Of a stretch of 42,926 nt of DNA, positions 1 through 9,515 are shown one piece after another. The stretch covers positions 1 through 42,926 of the forward strand of contig CANPZG010000005.1 of the NCBI GenBank assembly GCA_947588765.1. The letters run 5' to 3'. The first letter of the stretch is position 1. Each line of letters begins with the position of its first letter. The DNA comes from an uncultured Bacilli bacterium. Lineage in GTDB: Bacteria; Bacillota_I; Bacilli_A; RF39; UBA660. The position numbers and the translations under genes are program-made. The notes beneath the pieces were generated by a model, which did not search any database, was not told where the DNA came from, and was given only the letters and a program-made list of their open reading frames with translations.

Positions 1-130
1 TTTATATTAAAATTTTCATTTTAATATCTTTTTTACTCAGTGCTACTTGTTTTCCATAAAACTTTTCACACTATCCTTATAAAAAGTATAACATAAAAAT
101 TTAAAACTAGAAACAAAGTTTAATTTAAAA

Positions 131-277
131 AATAAAAACATCTGATTTCAACAAACGTTGATTTCAGATGAAACCCATAAGAGATAATATCTAATTCGCT
201 CAATCAAATGTATCCTTTTTTTATTTTATGCAAGTTTCCTTGACAAACACATAATAACATAAAAAGACTTTTTTTAC
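131..277 (-). ncRNA. Candidate small transcript (sRNA or 19-aa peptide) with its own promoter and terminator
   Basis: Minus strand: TTGTAA-17-TATTAT, then a CAAG-GAAA-CTTG hairpin, AAAGGA followed by a TTG ORF at 207..148 (MIERIRYYLLWVSSEINVC), and a long hairpin CATCTGAAATCAAC/GTTGAAATCAGATG with a T-run. Confidence 0.35.
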
Positions 278-327
278 AAGTTTTACTTTCTCTTCCTTAC
301 CTATATTAAATTACATACATACATTTT

Positions 328-1113
328 TTATTTTTTTAATTTTAAAACTCTAGTATACCCTTTATCTAATAACTTAATAAACTCATTTGGTATTTTGGCT
401 TTAGCTTCTAAAATTAAATTTTCATCGATACCATATAAAGCTTCAGCCATTGAACCAACAATACATGCATTAGTATCCGTATCTCCCCCGAAAGATAAGA
501 CATTTGTTAATGCTTCATTAAAATTACTTGCGTTAAATAAAGCATATAAACAATTATCAATAGTTTCCAAACAAGTAACATTAAACTTAGTAAATGGTTT
601 ATAAGTTAGTTTTAAATTTAACTCTGTTTTTATCTCTTCTTTAGTTAAACCTAATCTTGCATAATAAATAATTAAGGCAACTGTTATGGCACTATTAATT
701 GCTTCCATTGTATTATGAGATGGAATAGTCGCCAGTTTCGCATTAGTTATAACATCTTTTCTTGTATTAAACATATAACCCACGGGCGATATTCGCATAA
801 TAGCACCATTGCCAGTACTATTGCCAACTTTATTACCATTAGCCCATTTAGTAAATCTCGGCGAAAAAACACCTTTAAAATATGGAGAAAAGTTTGGTTT
901 ATAATCTTTAAACATATTCGCATATTTTCTTAAATAAAGACCATAATCTCCATTATTTAAAATGGCATCAAGGATAGCCATAGTCAATATTGTATCATCA
1001 CTAAAAAAGCTTTCCTTTGGCATTAATTTTTGAATTTGTAGTTCTTTCGTATTTTTAATTTGACTATATTCATAAATAGAACCAGCTAAATCGCCAATAA
1101 TTGCTCCCCACAT
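328..1113 (-). CDS. ADP-ribosylglycohydrolase (DraG/ARH) family protein
   Basis: GAIIGD..GS, FSDDT, GNGAIMR and GGDTDTN motifs; SD GGAGG. Confidence 0.9.
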   Translation of the reverse strand: MWGAIIGDLAGSIYEYSQIKNTKELQIQKLMPKESFFSDDTILTMAILDAILNNGDYGLYLRKYANMFKDYKPNFSPYFKGVFSPRFTKWANGNKVGNSTGNGAIMRISPVGYMFNTRKDVITNAKLATIPSHNTMEAINSAITVALIIYYARLGLTKEEIKTELNLKLTYKPFTKFNVTCLETIDNCLYALFNASNFNEALTNVLSFGGDTDTNACIVGSMAEALYGIDENLILEAKAKIPNEFIKLLDKGYTRVLKLKK

Positions 1114-1182
1114 ATTTACCTCCCCAAAACAAATTAAATATTGACGTAAAATGTAAAAAAGATCTAAGAAAATAAATTATCG

Positions 1183-1282
1183 TAAAAAAATAGGGCTCTA
1201 TCCTAAGATAGACCCCTTACAAAAATGATTTAACATTTTTTCCTTGCATAGATAATATAACACAAAATTATATCTATGTCAA
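1183..1282 (-). ncRNA. Candidate ~65-nt small RNA directly downstream of the Abi gene (coordinates include its promoter)
   Basis: TTGACA(1282-1277)-17-TATATT(1259-1254) with extended TG; small AAAAATG/CATTTTT hairpin; terminator AGGGGTCTATC-TTAG-GATAGAGCCCT plus a T-run. Confidence 0.55.
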
Positions 1283-1286
1283 ACTA

Positions 1287-2282
1287 CTAATATAAAATTT
1301 CTTTATAGTATTTATCGATTATTTTATCAAAATAATGATAAATGGATTTTAGTAGCTCATTAGTAGTATAGTATTTCCTATTAAGAATTATTCTTTCATA
1401 AAATAATTTATTAATTTCATAATTAACATTTCTTTTTACACCTTCACTACTTACCACAATATTAAATAAATATAGGGTGTAAGTTATTTGTCTTATTCTA
1501 GAATTTTTTAATTTATTATCCCTATTTTCTTTACCTATACCACAATTTCTTAAATAATTAATAATTAAAATATCTGGTCTATGATTATTATCTTTTTTAT
1601 CAAGCTCTGATAATACACAATTATTATGAGCTACTGCATTTCTAAGCTTATTTACTTCTCTTAAAATAAATACATATTTTTTATCTTCTAAATCATAATG
1701 AGTCGTAAAAAATTCAAAAAAATTTATCAATTCACCAAAAGTAATTATTTCCAAAAATTCCCATATTGGAATATTTTCCAGTTTTTTGGCCTTATCTAAA
1801 TCATATTTTGAAAATATTTTTTTATAATATTCATTGGATACTTTTTTCATGATGCTGTCATGCACTCTTTTAGGAAAATTTTCATCATTATAATCATTGT
1901 CAAGATATAAATTTATAATATTGTATCCATCTTCTTCATTTATTTCCTCTATGCTATTTAATATTCTAATTTTTAAGTAATGTTCAATATCAATTATCAT
2001 TTTAAATAACAAAATTCTTGTTCTATAGTCTATAATTGATAAGTCTTTCAAATATGCAAAATCTAAATCAATATATTTCCCTATTGATTTTCCACACTGA
2101 TATTTAGCAAAATTATTTTTATATGATGTTACATTATAATAATTATTATTTTCTCTAAGATATAGTTCAGCATCCTTTTCTTTACACTTCTCAAATTTAA
2201 TATTTTTTTCTTTTAAGTATGGAACCATTTCAGTAATTTTCATCATAGGTCTTAAAATATTTTTTGTAAAATTTTCAATCAC
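1287..2282 (-). CDS. Abi family (AbiD/AbiF-like) HEPN ribonuclease
   Basis: YLKDLSIID..R..LF, PIWEFLEIITFGEL, and HEPN RxxxxH in LRNAVAHNN. Confidence 0.85.
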   Translation of the reverse strand: MIENFTKNILRPMMKITEMVPYLKEKNIKFEKCKEKDAELYLRENNNYYNVTSYKNNFAKYQCGKSIGKYIDLDFAYLKDLSIIDYRTRILLFKMIIDIEHYLKIRILNSIEEINEEDGYNIINLYLDNDYNDENFPKRVHDSIMKKVSNEYYKKIFSKYDLDKAKKLENIPIWEFLEIITFGELINFFEFFTTHYDLEDKKYVFILREVNKLRNAVAHNNCVLSELDKKDNNHRPDILIINYLRNCGIGKENRDNKLKNSRIRQITYTLYLFNIVVSSEGVKRNVNYEINKLFYERIILNRKYYTTNELLKSIYHYFDKIIDKYYKEILY

Positions 2283-2356
2283 GATATCCCCCTCTAGTAG
2301 TAGTTATTATAATCTTTTTAATTATTGCAATAATTATTTTCAAACATTTTTACATA

Positions 2357-2424
2357 TTTTTTAATTTGACCATATTCATAAATAAAGCCAGCTAAATCAC
2401 CAATAACTGTACCCCACATATTTA
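2357..2424 (-). pseudogene. Duplicated 5' fragment of the ADP-ribosylglycohydrolase gene
   Basis: Direct repeat of ~1052-1118; reads MWGTVIGDLAGFIYEYGQIK from ATG 2419 versus MWGAIIGDLAGSIYEYSQIK, then diverges and stops. Confidence 0.85.
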
Positions 2425-2498
2425 ACTTTAATCTATTAAATTTAAAAATTATTATTAAAATTAAAACCCGAAACAAATATTTCGAGTTAACAATCAAA

Positions 2499-2583
2499 TG
2501 GTGCAGGTGAAGGGAGTCGAACCCCCACGAATTGCTTCGCTAGATCCTAAGTCTAGTGCGTCTGCCAATTCCGCCACACCTGC
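2499..2583 (-). tRNA. tRNA-Leu(TAG)
   Basis: Cloverleaf with long variable arm, anticodon arm CTAGA-CTTAGGA-TCTAG, encoded CCA. Confidence 0.97.
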
Positions 2584-2590
2584 CTAAATA

Positions 2591-2667
2591 TGGTGGACCT
2601 CGTAGGACTCGAACCTACGACCGCCCGGTTATGAGCCGGATGCTCTAACCAACTGAGCTAGAGGTCC
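2591..2667 (-). tRNA. tRNA-Ile2(CAT), lysidine type; Met cannot be strictly excluded
   Basis: Cloverleaf, anticodon loop CTCATAA, GGACC/GGTCC acceptor stem typical of Bacilli Ile2, encoded CCA. Confidence 0.9.
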
Positions 2668-2776
2668 AAACGACTATTTAATAATAACATAAATAAATAA
2701 TCTATGCAATATTTTTTCACTAAAATTTTATTTAAAAATTAAAAAGATTATCCCATAAAAATAAATAGGTATCAAC

Positions 2777-3196
2777 CTATTTATTTTGTAACATGTTAAG
2801 TAAATCAATTTTAAACATATCTTTAGATGCATTGGCTTTAGAAATCATAATTCCTTTATAAGTAGTTAACTCAGATCTATGGCCTTCTAATAAAATATCG
2901 GAAGGTGTAATAGTTTCTAACATAACTACGCCATCATTTTTATGAACTGTATAAATTAATTTAATTTCCCCATGAATTTTAATGAACATCTTATCACCTG
3001 GTAATTTTAATTCATAAGTTTCCGTACCATTTTTCTTATTAGTACTAACTAAATCTCCTAAAAAACTACCATTTCTTAAAGCTGGGTAATATTCGAAATT
3101 TAATTTCTTAAAAGCAAGCATATTATACTTCTTAATTGCCCTTTCTAATTTACGATATTCATTTTCATTTACATAATCAAGAACATAACCTTTCAT
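2777..3196 (-). CDS. Hypothetical protein (likely start MKGY at 3196)
   Basis: ORF with SD GAGGT before ATG 3196; no confident family. Confidence 0.7.
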   Translation of the reverse strand: MKGYVLDYVNENEYRKLERAIKKYNMLAFKKLNFEYYPALRNGSFLGDLVSTNKKNGTETYELKLPGDKMFIKIHGEIKLIYTVHKNDGVVMLETITPSDILLEGHRSELTTYKGIMISKANASKDMFKIDLLNMLQNK

Positions 3197-3359
3197 TACC
3201 TCTACCCCCTTAATTACGAAAACATTATAGCACAAAATAAAAAATTTGTCAAATTTATGTAAACAATATTTATTTTTAGACTTATATTATGGTAAAATAT
3301 TAATATCAATTTTCGCCAAAAATAGTAAAATTTACTTTGTTTTTACATATAAAAAGAAA

Positions 3360-3608
3360 CTATATATCGAGTTCGACAATAGTTTCTCCTAGATTCCAAT
3401 TATTTAATTTAAAATCTTTGACTAATTTATTTTTCTTTAATACTTCATGGACTTCTTTAGTTAAGATATTCGTACTTTTACCATGAATTATAACAATTGG
3501 ATTATTTTTTAATTTATAATTATCTTGAATAAATTCATTTACTATAACCTCAACCATACTTACAATTTCACCATGTAAGTCTAAATGAGGAGTTTTACTT
3601 GTTATCAT
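3360..3608 (-). CDS. Stand-alone Smr/MutS-related domain protein
   Basis: LDLHG, IVIIHGK..ILTKEVHE.L and N.GETIV motifs. Confidence 0.9.
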   Translation of the reverse strand: MITSKTPHLDLHGEIVSMVEVIVNEFIQDNYKLKNNPIVIIHGKSTNILTKEVHEVLKKNKLVKDFKLNNWNLGETIVELDI

Positions 3609-4588
3609 TGATTAACCGTGGGATTAGGATTACTTGCTTGTTGATTAGGAACCCCAGAATTTGGTGCTTGAGTTTGATTTTGAATACCCATCTTTTTAGC
3701 AAATTCATCTAATACGGAAGATAATTCGGGAATAGATAAGCGACTACCTACTTTTTGAACAGATAATCCAGCGGCAATATTAGCCATCGTTACACTTTTT
3801 TCAATTGGAAAACCATTAGCTAAGCCGTAAACAAAGGACCCATGGAAGATATCTCCTGCTCCCGTAGTATCTTTCGCTTCAACTTTTAAACCAGGCATTA
3901 TTTTAATTTGATTATTGTCTTTATATAAAGCTCCATGAGATTCCAAAGTTATAATTATTTCCGCTTGAGGATATTTATTCATTAAAGCTGAATAAACATT
4001 AACTAAGGTATTAGGATTTTCAAAATCAAATTTCATTCCCGTGACAGTTTCCGCGAATCCTTTCGAACAAACAATATAGTTCATATATTTACATAATTCT
4101 AAAAGTTCATTAGTTATCCGTCCAGCATCCACTACTTTAATAGCTTTAGGAAACTTACTTATAGCATTAGTACTAGCAGCATAATCATGACCATCAGTAA
4201 ATATTATATCTGGTACAAAATCATAACTAAATTTTTTTAATGGAATAAAATCCTCTTGAATATTAAAGACAGTTCTAGCACCAGTAGTACTATTAACCAT
4301 TACAAATGATAAAGATGTTGGTTTATCAAAACTAGTTTCGATATAATTGGCATCTAAATGAACTTCTGTATATTCTCTTTTTAATTTTTCGCCAAAGTCA
4401 TCAGCCCCAACAACGGTAGCTAAACAAGTATCAATACCCCATTTACCTAATAAATAGGCAGCATTACCCGCGGGTCCACCTCCACAACGAACACTACCTT
4501 GAAAACGATGTTTGGTATTTTCTTGAGGATATTCATTTATTTCTAAACTAATATCATAACTAGAATGTCCTATGCATAATACTTTCAT
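3605..4588 (-). CDS. PfkB family carbohydrate kinase
   Basis: GGGPAGNAA and DTTGAGDIFHG signatures. Confidence 0.92.
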   Translation of the reverse strand: MKVLCIGHSSYDISLEINEYPQENTKHRFQGSVRCGGGPAGNAAYLLGKWGIDTCLATVVGADDFGEKLKREYTEVHLDANYIETSFDKPTSLSFVMVNSTTGARTVFNIQEDFIPLKKFSYDFVPDIIFTDGHDYAASTNAISKFPKAIKVVDAGRITNELLELCKYMNYIVCSKGFAETVTGMKFDFENPNTLVNVYSALMNKYPQAEIIITLESHGALYKDNNQIKIMPGLKVEAKDTTGAGDIFHGSFVYGLANGFPIEKSVTMANIAAGLSVQKVGSRLSIPELSSVLDEFAKKMGIQNQTQAPNSGVPNQQASNPNPTVNQ

Positions 4589-4627
4589 ATTGTATCTCCC
4601 TCTATTCTTACAAAATTAATTTTTTTA

Positions 4628-5293
4628 TTAAATTGTTTTATCTGACATAGTAATATTTATATCAAAGTTTTTACCTAAATTAGCTGATTGGTCGCTATCT
4701 AAGTTTACATAAGTAAGTTTGAAAGTCCAAGTATCCGTAGTAATTTCATTACCAGTTGATTTAATATCCCTTTGATCTATTAATATTGCACCATCCGGAT
4801 TTTTATAAGTTGTAACATCAAAACCAGATATTTTATTTTTTCCTTGATTAGTCACATATTTTCCTTCAAGTCCAGCAATACTAGTAATTTCTTGATTATC
4901 TGGGCCAATAATCGTTAAAATAATTTCTGGAGTACTATTAATAGCATCTGTATAAGTGTAATCATTATTACTTATTGATAAATAAGTATAATAATGTCTT
5001 GTATGACCAGCTGTAGTATCATAAAAGTTTGCTTTAGGATGTGATTCCTTAACAATATCTGTACCATTTATTTGAGCTAGGTTTTCAGCTGTAACTTCTA
5101 ACATTAAAGTTTCTCCCGGTTCAAATTCTAAAAAGTCATTTTTAATATTAACCTTTACATCACTAGAACTACCTTCACCAACGTAATCTTCAAGAAAAGC
5201 ATATGTTACTCTAAAAACTAATGCTAAAGATACAATAATAATTAAAACAAGTAAATAAAACAATGTTTTACTACGATTAAATTTTTCAATCAT
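4628..5293 (-). CDS. Secreted protein with SipW-type signal peptide (TasA/CalY-like candidate)
   Basis: Hydrophobic N-terminus ending in TYAF; C-terminal W.F..T..N...DQ..N.GK; paralogous to the N-domain of 9516..11990. Confidence 0.6.
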   Translation of the reverse strand: MIEKFNRSKTLFYLLVLIIIVSLALVFRVTYAFLEDYVGEGSSSDVKVNIKNDFLEFEPGETLMLEVTAENLAQINGTDIVKESHPKANFYDTTAGHTRHYYTYLSISNNDYTYTDAINSTPEIILTIIGPDNQEITSIAGLEGKYVTNQGKNKISGFDVTTYKNPDGAILIDQRDIKSTGNEITTDTWTFKLTYVNLDSDQSANLGKNFDINITMSDKTI

Positions 5294-5355
5294 GAGCTAT
5301 CACCCTACTATCAATTAAAATTATAACATAAAATAGCTATTTATAAAACAAAAAT

Positions 5356-6003
5356 TTAATTTACTTCACACTTTTTAATAATATAGATCTTTTTACTTTT
5401 ATAAAAGGCATAGAAAATGTCCGTGGGAATAAGACCTTTTTTGTTTAATTCATTTTCTAACCAACTACGGTTTTTATGTAGTAATTTCAAGGTTTTATCT
5501 TGAACTACGCCATCTAGGATTAATGCTAAAGGAAGACTTGTTTTAATCTTAAAGGGTTTATATTTAAAAATTGATAGTTTACCATTAGGTTCTAAAAAAG
5601 CATATTCAACCATGTCAATATCACTAATTTCTTTTTGTCTTAAAGAAATTAGTAAATCATCTAAAGTATATCTTTGTTTAATCATTTCATGATAATTTAT
5701 TTTACCATTACAAATAATTAAGGACGGTTTACCATCAAATAAAGTACGAAATTTTCTTGATTTAACTGCAATATAACCAAAACCAACCTCTAAAATAACT
5801 AAAGATACAATGGGGACAATTGTTAAAATCATCGAATCTTCCGTATTTTCAATACTTATCGCTACTAACTCCGCAATTAAAATTGAAACAATTAAATCAA
5901 TGACTCCTAATTGTCCTACTTCTCTTTTACCCATAATTCGATAAGCTAAAGTTACAAAAAAGTAAAAAAATACTGTTCTAATTAAGACTGTTAAAACTAA
6001 CAT
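5356..6003 (-). CDS. DUF421 / YetF-like membrane protein
   Basis: RIMGKREVGQL..IDL, G.P.LII.NG and A.LEPNGKLS motifs. Confidence 0.9.
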   Translation of the reverse strand: MLVLTVLIRTVFFYFFVTLAYRIMGKREVGQLGVIDLIVSILIAELVAISIENTEDSMILTIVPIVSLVILEVGFGYIAVKSRKFRTLFDGKPSLIICNGKINYHEMIKQRYTLDDLLISLRQKEISDIDMVEYAFLEPNGKLSIFKYKPFKIKTSLPLALILDGVVQDKTLKLLHKNRSWLENELNKKGLIPTDIFYAFYKSKKIYIIKKCEVN

Positions 6004-6066
6004 ATAATCACCAATTATATATTGATACTTTTCATAATATTTTAATCATTACATAGTATTTATTAG

Positions 6067-6435
6067 GTGATTATATTGAAAGTTTTACTTAAACAATTAG
6101 GATTTTATTTATTATTTTTAATTTTAATAACTTTTTTATGTAGTTTATTAAATCTTTTAGGAGTTAACTCTACGATAACTAATTTTATTTTATTTATCTT
6201 TAATGCTCTAGCTTTTTTAGTTTTAGGTTACAAAAATGGGAATGTCGCTAAAGATAAAGGTTTTCTTCATGGTTTAAAGATTGGCGCTATCATGCTGGTA
6301 ATATTATTTATTATTAATATCTTTTTAAGTCAAAAATTATTTACTTTATCCCTTGGTATTTATTACTTAGTCTTACTTTTATGTGCTACTTTTGGAGGCA
6401 TGCTAGGAATCAGCAAAAAAAAGGATGAAAATTAA
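6067..6435 (+). CDS. Four-TM membrane protein (YrzE/TIGR04086-like)
   Basis: KGFLHG and GGMLG motifs; divergent from the DUF421 gene next to tgt. Confidence 0.75.
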   Translation: MIILKVLLKQLGFYLLFLILITFLCSLLNLLGVNSTITNFILFIFNALAFLVLGYKNGNVAKDKGFLHGLKIGAIMLVILFIINIFLSQKLFTLSLGIYYLVLLLCATFGGMLGISKKKDEN

Positions 6436-6734
6436 TCTACGACAATAAATTCGTAATTATTTCCATCTTTTTTAACATAAGAGTTTGGATTATAAATCTC
6501 TTTGGTAAGGGGATTTATTTCTTGCTCTAAGTATTTATTTTGATATAAAGTATCTAAAGTTGCGACATTACCCGTACATTTATCATCTCGCCAACAATTA
6601 ATAGCCGCTTCCATAATTCTTTTTTCTGTTACTTTCATTAAATTATTATTATGATTAGTTACTACTTTATAAGCAGTTACGGCAGCGACTAAAGCAACAG
6701 CAAATAAAATTAACCCAACACTTAACTTTTTCAT
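6432..6734 (-). CDS. Small membrane-anchored hypothetical protein, possibly pilin-like
   Basis: N-terminal TM helix, Cys pair, TL..L....YL....NP.T; abuts the tgt stop codon. Confidence 0.6.
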   Translation of the reverse strand: MKKLSVGLILFAVALVAAVTAYKVVTNHNNNLMKVTEKRIMEAAINCWRDDKCTGNVATLDTLYQNKYLEQEINPLTKEIYNPNSYVKKDGNNYEFIVVD

Positions 6735-8342
<1,608 letters not shown>

Positions 8343-8381
8343 GTAATTATGTGATATCATAACTACTCAAAAGGAGGCAAT

Positions 8382-9239
8382 ATGTTTAAAATATTTATTA
8401 AAACAGCACCTATAATTACCGAAGACAATGAAAACTTGCGTTTAAAAAATAAAAACATCAATAAAATTTTTTGGCAAAAACTTAATCATTTTGAAAAAAT
8501 GTTGCAAGAAAATAAACATATGTCTCCGCAACTATATTACAAAAATATTAAAGATGCTCATATTCATGAAGCTATTAAATTAAATGAAGAAAAATCTAAT
8601 GATGAAGGTTATTTTGAAGCAGCAAAAAATTATATTTGGGTAAAAAGAAAATTTCATGTTTACCATGAATTACTTCATTTATCTTCTTCGATAGTTTATA
8701 ATAATCTATATTATTGTGGTTTTTCGCAAGAAACTTATCACTATACAATTGGTGATGGTTTAAATGAAGGTTATACTTCTTTACTTGAATATCGGTATTT
8801 TTATTATGATGGAGCCGAAATGTGTTATGAACTAGAAATGATTATAGCTCGTTTAATTGAAGAAATTATTGGTAAAAATACCATGGAAAGTTTATATTTT
8901 AAAGCTGATTTATTTAACTTAATTAAAGAGTTAGAAAAATATGCTAGCTATAATGAAATATATAATTTTATTTGTAAATTAGATATTTTAAGTGAAATAT
9001 TAAACTCCGATATTTTATATTATTCTCTATATCCTTCAATTGGTATTTTAACTAAATCAATATTAAAGTTTATTGAAAAATGTAAAATTAAGAAATTAAA
9101 TAATGATTTGCAAAATAATAAAATTACGGAAGAAGAATATCAAGAAATCTTAAATGATTTTTATGATGTAACTAAAGACTTATGTAAAAAATATAATCCA
9201 ATGGTTTTAACAAGAAAAAAGGGGCTGTTGAATAATTAG
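8382..9239 (+). CDS. Putative zinc metallopeptidase (gluzincin-like)
   Basis: HELLH plus downstream GLNEGYT; SD AGGAGG; no signal peptide. Confidence 0.7.
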   Translation: MFKIFIKTAPIITEDNENLRLKNKNINKIFWQKLNHFEKMLQENKHMSPQLYYKNIKDAHIHEAIKLNEEKSNDEGYFEAAKNYIWVKRKFHVYHELLHLSSSIVYNNLYYCGFSQETYHYTIGDGLNEGYTSLLEYRYFYYDGAEMCYELEMIIARLIEEIIGKNTMESLYFKADLFNLIKELEKYASYNEIYNFICKLDILSEILNSDILYYSLYPSIGILTKSILKFIEKCKIKKLNNDLQNNKITEEEYQEILNDFYDVTKDLCKKYNPMVLTRKKGLLNN

Positions 9240-9512
9240 ATGTTTAATTATTCAGCAGTTTTTCTTTTGAAAATATTCAAAATTACTGAAATAATAAGGA
9301 AAAATGTGACATTTTTAATTTATAGTTTTTTTAGTTAACTAATATAATTATATTATTCACTGCAAAAAAAAGATTTTTACCTTGCACTTTCAAAAAATTG
9401 TTATGAAAATATAAAAAAATTAATAATATTGTATCAAGAAAAATTAAAAGATTATTTTAAATAAAAGAAAAGGGAGTTGTTGAATTTTATTAATTATTCA
9501 ACAGCCCCTTTT
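9217..9512. mobile_element. MITE-like / internally deleted IS remnant
   Basis: Perfect 22-bp inverted repeats AAAAGGGGCTGTTGAATAATTA (9217-9238 and 9491-9512) around a non-coding AT-rich interior. Confidence 0.7.
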
Positions 9513-9515
9513 ATT

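Noticed and set aside
1-100. Promoter and SD-like signals on the minus strand at the window start
   Set aside because: The candidate starts checked (69, 57, 19) all reach stop codons within 9 codons
6432-6734. Type IV prepilin call
   Set aside because: There is no G|FxxxE cleavage motif, so it is kept as hypothetical
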